Below are positions 39,073 through 51,729 of a DNA stretch of 64,000 nt, piece after piece (position 1 is the first letter of the stretch; each line of letters begins with the position of its first letter). Below the pieces are notes generated by a model. The model saw only the letters and a list, made by a program, of their open reading frames with translations, did no database searches and was not told the origin of the DNA. The stretch is taken from positions 15,500,001 through 15,564,000 of the forward strand of contig JBHGNT010000020.1 in assembly GCA_043228905.1 (NCBI GenBank). Direction: 5' to 3'. Source of the stretch: Azolla caroliniana (taxonomy: Eukaryota > Plantae > Polypodiophyta). The position numbers were made by a program, and so were the translations under genes.

Positions 39073-39335
39073 TGTTGAGAATCAAACTCAACTTCCTGTG
39101 TGTGGGAACACACTCTAGGACACTCAAGTGTGTGAGCACCCCACCTCCTTGTATAATAACTAGTTTGTCATTGAAGTCAATATCTTATGACACATATTGT
39201 TTAAGTAGTTAAGACTCGACCTCTTTCCCAAGAGGTGACTCTAGTGAAAGAACCTAGAGAGAAGGTGACTACATAAGCACCTTCCCCTTCTCTTTGTAAT
39301 TGTTGGCTTATTCTTGCTTCTTGTTAATACAATTT
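39073..39335 (+). repeat. Copia LTR, left part (interrupted by the DNA transposon; right part at 57401-57514)
   Basis: Matches the LTR at 30961-31220 and resumes at 57401 (TTTTACCATTTTTCTGTAACTCTTGAGTTCTCTC...GAATCATCACC) exactly as in the uninterrupted copy. Confidence 0.9.
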
Positions 39336-39599
39336 AAACACCGGGTCATTTGGAAGAGGTAATATGTCGCAATTTAAGAACAGTCCGTCCAAAAAAGGCA
39401 CAAAGTAGGTCATTTCACAAAAAGGACCATCGCATGCGTAAAGGGTTTTGGAAATTGAATCAAAATATATTGATTTATACCATGGCCAAAAATTTAGGGC
39501 TTTCAAAAAATGCCCCTAATAATTGACATGTGAAATTTACAAGAGAAAGTAAAAAAATTACAAAATGACTAACATATTTTATACATATTTTTGAATCGC

Positions 39600-42500
39600 C
39601 ATATTGATGTAACATACAATATTTACATTTCATATATTTACATTGTCTTCATCTAATTGTAATGCAACGTCACCGTGATTCTGAGACATAGTCCTTGTTC
39701 GTCTCCGTGTTGCGTCAACATGCACATCTGGGATCTTCTCTTTTATTATCTTGATTGTAGTCTGTCTTAGATGGCCTGTTTCGGTCAAAGAGAAGTCATA
39801 CACGAGTATGTTGACATTATAAAGTGCTAGAGTAGACATGCTTGGTAGATTCTTTCATCATCCTTAATAGATTTTACTTGATTGCCTTCATCATCCTTAA
39901 TAATTTCAATGATTTTGGCAATCCTGAAGCCTGGATGACCCAACTTAGCACCCCCAGCTAATGTTGCAACCAACATACCAACTTGTAGCTCATGTAGATT
40001 GCCTTGCCACCTCACCTCTGTAGCATGCGATAATCTTGGTCCCATGTAAATATCTCTTTGTCATGGACGAACTAGATTATTTAATTCAAGATTATCTAGT
40101 GGTTGTAAATGAGTTGTGCTTGTCATTGATGAGCCACCAAGTGCCCATTCGAGTTGATTTTGTAGTGGCCAATACCATGTAAAGTGGTTATCTAATATTG
40201 TATGTTGATGATTAAAGAAGGCATCCCACCAATCCACATCCCGATCACCAACGTAATTTTTGGTTCGCTCAATATTTTTCTATTTTGCCTCAAGGCACCG
40301 CATCCAATATATCTTTTGCTCTTCAATTGAACTTCCAACATCCAATCTTTTATGATCATCATAGGGCATTTGCTGAGGACCATAGATTATTGCATCTGGG
40401 AAATGCAGTAAGAGCCTACATCCGTCTTGTGGCTCCCACTACGAACTAGATGAGTATTGTTTGGCATACAACATGGTCTGGTTGTGACTGACCACACATT
40501 TTTGGATGAGGAAGACGTGGTTAAAATTTATATTATTAAGCGGAGCAAGAACCCTACATCCACTCCCATCACCATCCACACAAAAGCGTTTGAAATCATA
40601 TACTTTATCTAAATGTTGCACATCTGGCTTGGGGGTATAAGCTTCAGTGATAAACCTTGATAGCATAGGAAGTGTGAAATCATTGCACCTCGCTAATGTC
40701 TTGGAGAGCCTACTAAACATTTGATCTATGTGATCATGTGTATGACCAACTAGCAAGAAGTTGACCTTAATCTTTTTGAAAACACCCTTGTCTACTAACA
40801 TGCTCAAATAACCAAACACGGCTGAGTTCTTGTTTTCTCTCGCCGTGTTGTCAAGTTGCACGTATAGTACTAGTGAGAGTAAACCTGGCCAACTCTGCAG
40901 AACTCTTTGTATGACTGTCACTGTAAGATTAGGTTCATTGTGGATATTTGGATAAGTTAGGAACACTTGAGGCCTTATTTTCTGATAATACAGAAGACAT
41001 CTAACCAAGTGCATCTACACTAGGCATTCATCTCCAACATCCTTGGGCAACCTTCGAAAATGTGTCAAACAAGTTTTCTTCTGATCCATCCCATCTATAA
41101 TCAAGCACATATATCTTTCTAGCGATTGAAGCGCTTTTTGACGATGGTGCATAGCTTTAGATATTTCCAACGCCCGGCTTTCTCGATGTTCTCTCAATAA
41201 ATTCTTATATTTTGTTATTTCTTCATCTGTTGTCCCACTCTTTGCCATGCTTTTTAAACTCGCGCATATAGAACAAACACCCATCCGGACCTTGCGAGGT
41301 ATGACCACATTGTTAAACTTCGATCTCCATAAACTATTAAAATGTCGATATTGTATGTAAGGTACACTTTCCAATAACATGCCATCCTTATATGCTTGGT
41401 ATACCTCACGACGAGTGAAGTTATCTGACAAATGTAACCTTCTAGTGGTGGGCATAACATCACATTGCTTCGAGAAATATATCTCCATCCATCTAACAAC
41501 ATGTCGCCCAATTAGACCCTTACATGTAGATTCTGTATTGTTGAATTCTTTGTAGCCTCATGTTCCCGATGCTATAGGCAATTTTAAAGGCAACTCGACA
41601 ACTTTTCATAGTAAGTGAAAGGTAATATTACACTTGTTGAGAACATGACACTACCAGATGGTCCTTAACAAGTTGCATATTGGCAATCAAGAAAGTATCT
41701 TGTTCGTGACCATTAAGAGATTTTGACAAACAAGCTCAACATTGGGTGCTCAATGAGAGGCCGTAGTGGTGCATAAACCGGGAGGCCGTTGGATAGATAT
41801 TCCGCGGAGGAATATATTTTGGGAGTCAGTGTAGGGGCTCATTGATGAGCATTGAAGTACGTGTCAATACTTCTGTCAGTCTGTATAGACCTGTATAAAA
41901 GTGCTCTTTGAGCACATCCTATGTACAAAGTTTTAGAGTATTGTTTTGGAATAGAGTATTTTTGTGTAATGCTCTCTCTGTCTCTCCTGCATACGTTGTG
42001 TTGATTAAGCTTTCCATTAAACCTTCCTTGTTTCTTGTCTTTTGTCTATTGTTACGTAGTTGTGTCTGTTAAGCTTCCACACATATTCTTTTCCATGGTA
42101 TCAGAGCGTGAGGGTTGAGATCCTCTACTGCCGACAAACAGACAAACCTTAATCACAGTGAAGAATAGAAGAAGGAAAGAATGAACAAAGGAATGGCTAG
42201 CTCGCTTTTGACGGAGAAGCTCGACCGAAGCAGCTATGCATCTTAGTCATACAAGATGCACTAGTACCTGCTCGGGCATGACTATTGAAGTTATGTCAAT
42301 GGAGCTAATGACGCAGCACCCGAATCAACACAGAGAGATTTCCCAGCCTTGGAATAGGCGGCAAACAGAGTTCTCTACTGCTTCGCATCCTGTGTGAGCG
42401 ATCAACTTTTGAGCTACATTCGGGATGCGAGGACACTGAAGGATGCTTGGGGAAATCTGAAAAAGATTTTCCCCATGAGCACCATAGCCAGAAAGCTCCA

Positions 42501-45500
42501 ACTTAAGCAAGAGTTGAGCAATGTTCAACAATGAGATATGTCGGTGGCTGATTACACCTCCAAGATCAAGGACATATGTGACTCTCTCGCCTCCGTCGAT
42601 GTAAACATCGAGGAGGAAAAAATGGTTTAGGTTTGCCTCAGAGGGTTAGCGTCGAAGTTCGGAGCATTCCAAACTGATGTATGTACGAGGGAGAATATGC
42701 CATCGTTTTTCATGTTACAATCGATGCTCCTAGTAGAGGAAAACCACGCGGGTGCGTCAATAATTACGCACGCCCACAACAAGATGATGTACACGGAGGA
42801 AGATAGGCCTTGTGGTTGTGGCGGATGACGCGAGTCAGCGCACAATGGAGGCAACCCATAGGAGTAATATGGAAGGCATGGTCGTAATGCCAACAGTAGT
42901 TCCGGAGCCTCTGGAAGTTGGGGGAGTCGAGGCGGCGCCGAAACCGGTAAGGAAAGCCTACCGCGGAATGCTGGTACTGTGGCAAGAAAGGCCATAGGGA
43001 GAGCGAGTGCTGGAAGAAACGCGCCGATTTGGAGAAAACCGCATCCGGATCCGGGCAGACTGAACAAGGAAATCGGCAATGATTGCACTATGCCGAGCAC
43101 TCCAAACCAACCGAAAATGGATCAGGCCCAACCTTCATAATGAAGCACAAAGCCAATTCGATGGTGGTGAACACCTCAACATGTTGACTCCGGAGTGTCA
43201 AATCATATGACAAGTCACGAGGAATGGTTCTTGTACTTGGAGAAACTGGAAAAACAAGGAGTGGTTGAAACTGGAGAGGACACTCCGCATACCATCGAAC
43301 ATGTTGGTGAAGTTCCCCTCAGCCATGTCGGGCAGAAAGGGAAACTCATGAACATGCTACATGTCCCGACAATAACAAAGAACTTGGTGTCCGTCGGACA
43401 GGTCGTCGATAAGGGGATGCAAGTTCAATTCACGCATCTCGGTTGCTACATCGAAGAAGAGGGGAAAGTCATTGCACAAGGGCATCAAGTAGGGAGGATG
43501 TTTATCCTCAACACCAATGAAGTCGGAACCACGTTGTTCGTGAAAGGACATAAGGTCAAGTCGGACATCGACCTATGGCACAAGTGGTTCAGCCATGTTA
43601 ACTTTCCGTGGCTTCGTGAAATGCAGACGAAGAACATTGTTTTCGGATTGCCGAAATTTAGTGGCCGGAACGACCAAGTTTGCGAAGCCTACCGGCTCGG
43701 GAAGCAACACCAACTTCCATTCCCCAACGAGTGTAATCGGAGTCAAAATCCGCTCGATATGATCCATTCGGATGTATGGGGACCGGCACAGAACGTGAGC
43801 ATCGGAGGAAGCCGTCACTTCGTAACCTCCATCGATGACTTCACTTGGCACACTTGGGCGTGCTTGATCGCGAAAAAGAGCGAAGTCTTTGCGTGTTTCC
43901 TGAAGGTGAAGAGCCTTGCTGAAAGGGAAACTGGGCAAAAGATCAAGTGCCTAAGGTCCGCGGGCGGGAAGGAGTACTTCTCCAACCAGTTCTCGAGTTA
44001 TCTATAGAAGGATGGAATTCGACGCGAATTCTCGTGTAGATACATGACGCAACATAATGGTGTGGCTAAGAGGAAGAATCAGATGATAGAGGAGGCGGCA
44101 AGGGTAATGCTTGAAGAGAAGCATCTACCGAAGTTCTATTGGACCGAAGCGATCGGAACAACCGTCTACCTCCAGAATGGGGCATCTGCCAATGGAGGAG
44201 TGTCGCCACATGAGTTGTACTTCAAGAAGAAGCCGAACTTGGCACACTTGAGGGTTTTCGGTAGCATCGCGTATGTGCTTGTGCCGAAGGAGAAACAGAG
44301 GAAGCTGGATGCCAAAGCCGAGAAGTGTATCTTGGTTGGCTACTTGGATGAACAGAAGGGTTATAAGTGTTATAATCCCTGAACCAAACAAGCTCGCATA
44401 AGTCGTGATGTTGTGTTTGACGAGTCCGTGTCGTGGTACTTGCCTTCGCCTCCAACCCCTGACTACTCCATTCCGATTCCTGATGAAGAGGTGAGCGAGG
44501 CTGAAAAGCCTCGGGACGAAGGAGACATCGGAGCTCTTGAAGAGAGTCTGATTTCATTCAGGCTAAGTGGGCCGAATGAGCGACTGAGTCAGCATGACCA
44601 GTCAGACGCAGAGCCGGTGAGTAGTGGAGACTCGGTCGTGCATTCCCCGCGCAGGAAGCCAAGGAGATGGTTTACGCACAAAGAGAAGGGAAAGAAGAAG
44701 ATGTGGCCCGGAGTACGGCATTGATAAAGACGAGTCGGATCGAAGAGAATCCGACTCCGAGAAGAACGAAGATGAACCTTCGGAAACGAAGTTCGCGTCG
44801 GCCAAGAGGGCCTCAAAACCGGCTAATGAACAATTATGCCGATCTACCCGCCAAAAGAACCCTGTGGTGCGGTTCGGATACAACGAGTACATGGCACATC
44901 ATTATGCATGCATGACACGAGTGGTGGAAGTGCATGAGCCGGAGAGCTACGTAGAAGTGGTGAAGGACGCAAGTTGGCGTCTCGCAATGGAGGAAGAGAT
45001 GCATGTATTAGCGGAAAATGAAACTTGGGACCTGGTTGATGCCCCGAAGGGTGTAAAGCCGATTAGATATAGGTGGGTGTACAAGGTCAAGTACAACACC
45101 GACGGCTTTGTCAACCGCTACAAGGCCCGGTTAGTGGCGAAGGGATCACACAACAACATGGCATCGACTACGATGAGACCTTTGCGCCGGTCCCAAAGAT
45201 GACAACCGTCTATGTCTTGCTTGCAGTAGCCGCGGTAAAGGGGTAGCATTTACATCAGATGGATGTAAAGAATGCGTTCCTACAAGAAAAACTTGAGGAA
45301 TAGTGTACACGGTACAACCCCCCGCATTTCATTCCGGAAAGAACACCTCGACGGTATGCCAACTGAAGAAGTCCCTCTATGGACTAAAACAAGTCCTGTG
45401 TGCGTGGAACGTGAAGATCACGTAGTGCTTGCGTCATGTAGGGTTTGCGACATCCAAATCGGACTCTTCATTGTTCGTCCAACAAGGTGGACCGGTTAGT

Positions 45501-47640
45501 ATTTTACTTTATGTTGATGATTTAGTCATCACCGGCGCCGACCTAGATGAAATCGACCGCGTAAAGTCCCAGCTCGTGTCATCATTCGGCATGAAGGACC
45601 TAGGAGACATTCAATACTTCCTAAGGATCGAAGTGATCCACACCCCCGAAGGCATACTGATCAGCCAATGACATTACGTGCTAAGTATGCACTTCAAGTT
45701 CGGGATGACAAACTATAAGTCCATCTCAACTCCTCTGGACAGAAACGTCGAGATTCGGGAAAGGCATGCGACCCGACATGGTTCCGACAGATTGTCAGAA
45801 GCCTAATTGATTTGATGATCACTCGGCCGGATCTAAGTTACCCGGTCGGCTTGGTCAGTCAATTTATGTCGCAGCCCACAGCCGAACACCTTTAGTGTGC
45901 GCAAAGCAAATTGCGCTATGTTCGCGACACTAAGGATTGGGTGCTACTATATCGAACCGGTATTCCTGAACAACTCGTTGGCTACTCGGATTCCAACTGG
46001 GCTGGAAACACTAACGATCGTAGATCCACTTCTGGGTTCGCTTTCTCGCTTGGGAGCGTCGTGATCGCTTGGAGCAACAACAAGAAGCCAATAGTTGCAA
46101 TGTCGAGCACAGAGGCTGAGTATCGAGGAGTGGCTATCGCGACATGTGAAACCATTTGGCTCAAGAGGCTACTCAAGGATTTGTAGGTGGAGGTGTCTGC
46201 TCCGACGACGATCTACTGCAACAACCTCAGCAACATCTAAGTTGCGAAGAACCCTGTCTCCCACGCCCGGACCAAGCACATTGAGGTGCACTACCATTTT
46301 GTCCGCGAGCGTGTCCTCTCCTGTGAAGTCAAACTAGCGCGTATGTTCCGAGAGATCGTCAGATTGCCGACATCTTCACCAAGCCCCTTGGTCTCGACAA
46401 GTTGCGGCAATTCTCAAGTGCACTTGGTTTGTGGCACTTCGACATGCCGAACTTGAGGGGGAGAAAAGCCTAGGAAAGGGAGCAGGAAAGGAACGAAAAT
46501 GACCGCGAAGCCGAGTCGGATGAAGAATTCGATTTCAGGTCGGCCGAAGGGAAGAGCCGGAGTCAGCCGAACAAGGGGGGAGATGAAGCCAAGAAAGGTG
46601 AGAAGGCCAAGAACAAGACATGGTCTGATGTGGTTAAGGGCTTGAAGAGAGAAGACGAATTGGAGACAGCCAATTCGGGCAAGAGCGGAAACGAATCGAA
46701 GATAGGAGATTTGGTTCGAATGTTTGATTCAGAGACGCCAAATCAATTGAAGACCAAGTGGAGGAAAGGGTAGCGGAAGAGGCGTCAACAAGGGAGTTGA
46801 GAAAGGCCGCACGAGAAGACAAGCCAACCGAAAGGGTCGAGGTGCGCGGAATCGAACGGGTCGAGGAGCGCGAGTGAGGCGTGAAGACAGGAGAAGCCAG
46901 AAGGAAGATCTGGAAGAGTAGGCGGAACATCAAGTTGAGCTTGAGGGGGAGTGTTGAGATACAAGCTCAACATTGGGTGCATAAACCGGGTGTGCAACGA
47001 GAGGCCGTAGCGATGCGTAACCCGGGAGGCCGTTGGATAGATATTCCGCGGAGGAATATATTTTGGGAGTTAGTGTAGGGGCTCATTGATGAGCATTGAA
47101 GTAAGTGTTAGTACTTCTGTCAATCCGTATGGACCTGTACAAAAGTGCTCTCTGAGCACATCCTATGTACAAAGTCTTAGAGTACTGTTTTGGAATAGAG
47201 TTTTTCTGTGTTTTGTTCTCTCTGTCTCTCCCGTGTTCGCTGTGTTGATTAAGCTTTCCATTAAAGCTTCCTTGTCTCTTGTATTTTGACTGTTGTTACC
47301 TGGTTGTGTCTGTTAAGCTTCCGCACGTATTCTTTTTCAAGAGACAAATACTTTTGTCACAACCCCCGCAAGTTTTCATTTCCAAATTTTGATAGACAAA
47401 GGCTCCCACAAAATACCTTGCATATATCAATCGCAATTTGGCGATACGAACACAGAAAATTATATCATTTAACACACTTGTCAAGGAACTCTTCGAGAAT
47501 TTAGAGGCTTGTTGCCACAATCGTCGTCAACATTCGATAAACTAGACTCGTCATGATTTGTATCCACTTGAATCTTTCTTATTTTACCGAAGTTAAAAGG
47601 CTCTATCGATTAAAGTGACGTCGAACTTTGCTCTCGATCG
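39600..47640 (-). pseudogene. DDE transposase (Sola1-like), decayed and interrupted by the copia at 41721-47339
   Basis: CSIC Zn motif; LIIDGMDQKKT (41081-41100); YVQLDNTARENKN (~40850); FLLVGHTHDHIDQMFS (~40720-40760). The reading frame KYL-SLNGHEQ is restored when the copia and one TSD are removed. The ends are approximate. Confidence 0.75.
41721..47339 (+). mobile_element. Full-length decayed Ty1/copia LTR retrotransposon nested in the transposase
   Basis: LTRs at 41721-42095 and 46952-47339; TSD AGAGA (41716-41720, 47340-47344); PBS TGGTATCAGAGC at 42096; gag CWYCGKKGHRESEC; IN HSDVWGP; RT YKARLVAKG and YVDDL; RH SDSNWAG; PPT TGAGGGGGAG. Confidence 0.95.
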
Positions 47641-48015
47641 TCGTTTGACTTTATATGGCACCGTTTATTATGAACATGTATATTCCTCGATTGAGAATAA
47701 TGAGTTATCAGATAATTTAAAAGGCTCAATAGAAAACAGAGAATTTTTACTCGAGTTTGAGGACATTTTGAGTAAGGCTAACTAAGATCAACTAAATCCA
47801 AAATAGTCTCAAGTTTAGTTCTATAATAAGCACCATGTCCAAAAACATTATATATTTTTTTAAATTTTAAAAAAAGAAGAAAAAAGAAGAAAAAAGAGAG
47901 AGGGAAAGTCATCTTCTCATTGTCATTATCGTGTTCAACCAACAGAAGAGCACAGGAGCACAGAGCAACCAAGACTTCTAGTTTTCGCCTCCCCGATCAA
48001 GTCGACCCCAACGTC

Positions 48016-48220
48016 AACAACATGAACAAGGGAAAGACGATTGCTAGGTATTTTTTCTGAACTATATTTTTAGATTCTTCAAAGATTCCTAAAACATTCC
48101 TTTTTGTGCCCTAAACCCTAAACCCTAAACAACATGAACAAGGGAAAGACGATTGCTAGGTATTTTTTCTGAACTATATTTTTAGATTCTTCAAAGATTC
48201 CTAAAACATTCCTTTTTGTG
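48016..48220. repeat. ~93-bp tandem duplication joined by three telomeric repeats (CCCTAAA)3
   Basis: AACAACATGAACAAGGG...CCTTTTTGTG at 48016-48108 and 48128-48220; CCCTAAA x3 at 48109-48129. Confidence 0.9.
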
Positions 48221-48257
48221 TTTGTTAATTTCTGCATCCAGAATTCGATGCTTTCTA

Positions 48258-48336
48258 TCGAGTTCTCATAATTTCAATGAGAACTCGACTCTCCACTTAC
48301 AACGAGAACTCGATGCAGTGCATCGAGTTCTCGTTG
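48258..48336. repeat. Two adjacent palindromes built on GAGAACTCGA
   Basis: TCGAGTTCTCAT-7nt-ATGAGAACTCGA (48258-48288) and perfect 18-bp arms CAACGAGAACTCGATGCA-G-TGCATCGAGTTCTCGTTG (48300-48336). Confidence 0.9.
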
Positions 48337-48534
48337 AAAGGGTCACATTTCATGATCAATATAGTAGAATTGGTCAGTTTCTTGCTGTTTTTTTTGCTTT
48401 TTTCTCAATGTTTTTTATGTAACATTACATTTAAAAACGGGTGATTTTCGCCTACTTTTGCGGAACTTTACCGTTGTTTATTTTTAAGATTATTGATATA
48501 TCATTGTGTTATTACCTGTTGTTTTTAGTGAATC

Positions 48535-51500
48535 ATGATGTCAGAAGGTCCCATTCTTCAAATTGAAGATTCCTCCCCAACAAAAAATCCTTCCGACACC
48601 ATGCCCAAGCCTAAGTCACGAAAAATGTTTATTGAGTTGGGAGGTGATGGGACTATGAAGTCTTCAGTCGCATACACGATGAACACTTTAGGCGAAAAGA
48701 GTAGTGGGGAACCTCACCTGAAGAGCTACCCTCATGTCGAGTGGACATTAATCTATAGCGAGGAAGAAGGAAATTTGCTCCTTATTTTTGCAAAATCGGA
48801 AGGTGAGGGCAAGTTGCAGGTGGGGAAGACCTTCATCTACGGCCATGTAAAGAACATTGAATACAAAGACAACGACTCATCGAACCTCTTGTTCGATGTT
48901 GATAGCTCGGTGGGGATGCGCAGAGTCAGGATAGATGAACAAAATTTCGTAACTGACTCCTGCCACCTGAAAGTTTTGAAAAAAGGTGTTCAACCAAAAA
49001 TAATTTGAGTGTTGCTTTGCGCCCTTATATTAAGGGAGAGCTGATGGTTGCACAAGCAACCACACCACCGAAGTCTGCCAAGAAATCAAAACTAGAACAT
49101 AAGAAGTACAAGAAAAGGCAACAACCTGAGGAGGACGAGCCCGAGGTACTTGAGTTCATGGAAGATGAGGAGGAAGATACCGAGCTCGAAGTTATTCCTC
49201 CAGGGGGGCACATTGCATCGGGAATTCTCACCTCAGAGAAAAATCGGATCAGAGGAAACATTGTAAGGACGAAGCTTGTCCATAAAGGACAACTATTTCA
49301 CTTGCCGATCTCCTCTATTAAGAGGCCACCCATTGATCCTGAAATAGGAAGACGGGCTCTAGAAATAAGAGAGCCACATTCAGTGCATGTGCAAAACTTA
49401 AAAAGCAAAATGAAGATAAATCCACATGCCACTTTAGTGCCATTCTTAGTAATGGTAGACCCTGATCAGTGCTCAACTGTTGCTGACTTTAAGTACAGTT
49501 TGGCTGATGACTACACATACTACGTGACTGGAGGATCCCACTCTGCTGAAGCTCGACGTCCACTTGTGAAGTAGTATCCTCTTACCCCATTCTTCAAATA
49601 TGTAGAATGTAAAGTGTACGCTGGCCTTACACATGAAGAAGCCAAGTTGCTAGCTTGGGATCATAACAATGATAATGATTACAGATTGAAGATGTTATGT
49701 ATCGAGTCCATCAGGTTCTTCCATCATGAGTACCTTGATGTGTTGCAAAAATATGGTCCTAGGCTGCATCCTGGATTGCGACGACAATGTCTGCTTGAAG
49801 TGGGGATAGCAGTTGATGAAAGCACCAAGTCTGAAGGCCTGAGGAAATATGACTCGTGGTTTCAACTTGCATTCAGAACAGGGGAGGTGTGGGACCTCCA
49901 AGATCGAATTTTTAGTATGAGGGAGCGAAAAGAAATAAATGGTCAAAGATGAAAGAAGGCTAAGCTCGACCCCCAAGTGGAGATGAAGTCTAAGTCACGT
50001 AAAAGTGACTTAGTAATTGAAGAATTACTTGAGGATATGAAGCTGCTTCCTTGGAGGTCATTGCAAGGAATCAAAGATGACAGATTATTAATATCTGTAT
50101 TATAAGGACTGGCCGCCAAGGAGTTTAGTCTTGATGAAATGGTCATAGAGTTTCAAAAGTGAGTAATCTATGTGATGATTTATTTTCATTGTATTGATTT
50201 GTTGATTTGCTCTTAATTCAAACCTTACTTTCTTTTAATTTTTAGTGATAAGGTTTATATGAAGATACAAGGGCTGATGATGAAAAAATTGTCCCTGCTT
50301 ACGTGGGAAGAGGTGGAGAAATCGTGCCCCAAAATATCATCATCCAAGGCTCTTGAAGAATTCTTCATTGTGTTTATAGAGTGGGTATGTATGTTTTACA
50401 AATATTAATTGATTTTAGGATAATAGGTATCTTCTTACAAAACGTAATTACAGAAACTACCTCGCTCAAAGAAAATGGGTGACACCAATGAAGGCATACC
50501 AAGCGCTTTCATCACCCATTTGGAACGAGCAAAATATGAGAAACGAATGACAAAAGGAAAGGAGCTCAAGGTGCTTGAGGACTCAGATACTATGAAAAGT
50601 TTTTGCACAAGGCTGATCGTTTCCAACAATTGTACTATAGTGTTTATAATGGTGATGTGGGTAATATGCTTGACATATTACCCAAGAGGCATTATACATT
50701 GCTCGTTGTAGATATACCATATGGATTCCGGATATCAGGCTCTACATACGACGATGTACAATACAAATATCCGCAAATAGAGAAGATGGTACAGGACTTT
50801 GCAGAGCTGACCTTGGCTCCATTATGGTGAATTGTTATATTTCATAGTATGGGTCAGGCTTTATCAGTCACTACTGCATTGAAGTCGAGATGCCATGATA
50901 CCGAACACATGCATTGGTAAGATTTATGTTACTATATATTTAATACATGGATTCTATGGGGCTTACTACATATATATATTAACTTGTTTAAATTCAATTA
51001 CGAAATAGGGTTAAAACAAACATAACTCGTACCCCGGGTGATCGAATGGCGATCGTTGTGGAGGATTTGTGCGTGGGATATTACGATGTTATTTCTAAGA
51101 AGAAGGCTCGGGCACATGTGAATTAGCGGAACGTCGTCAACTATATCATGTGCCCATTTGTAACGAAGAAATTGTGCCATGTGTCTAGCGACAAGAGTCT
51201 TGTAAACCCATATCAAAAGCCCCAACGATTGATTAATTGATTGGTCGAGTTGTTCTCGAATCCTAATGATTGGGTGATCGACTTATTTTCTAGTACAGGT
51301 AATCTCATAAGTCCAATCAATTTTTCTTAAAATAAAATAGAATTTCCTGTCTTTGTTTTCTTACTTTTGCATGTTTGTTTAGGAACAACGACTGCGTGCG
51401 CTATTAAATTGTTCAGGAACTGCGTCGCATTAGAGAAGGACCCCGAGCAAGTCAATTTTATTAAGATGAGGATCCAAGGCAGCTGGGATTGTCCCGACCA

Positions 51501-51729
51501 GGACCAAGAGGTTGGGGCAAAGCATATCAATGAAATTGAGATGTTTCAGCTGACCTCCAGAGAGCCGATGGAACCTATAGACGAAGGAGGGGACCTTGTC
51601 GACCTTGAAGATGCGCTGGGGTCTGATCAAATACAAGATTCAACTGAGGAGACAGAACATGTAGATGCAACACAATTGTCAGCTGATCTTGGAGAGCAGC
51701 TTGTTCCAGACCTCCTAATGAAGAAGTGA
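48535..51729 (+). pseudogene. Multi-exon ParB/Srx-like domain plus beta-class N6A/N4C DNA methyltransferase fusion (transposon cargo; stops and frameshifts)
   Basis: ParB-like region: LPISSI...IREP...V..LK..M....PFLVMV...YYVTGGSHSAEAR...EEAKLLAWDHN. MTase region: YNGDV, LLVVDIPYG (50711), VNPYQKP (51211), FSNPNDWVIDLFSSTG/TTTACA..FRNCVALEKD. GT-AG introns at ~50159-50245, 50385-50453, 50917-51008 and 51299-51382. Confidence 0.8.

Noticed and set aside
48535-51729. Bacterial contamination as the source of the methyltransferase
   Set aside because: The gene has GT-AG introns and lies within TIRs among plant retrotransposons.
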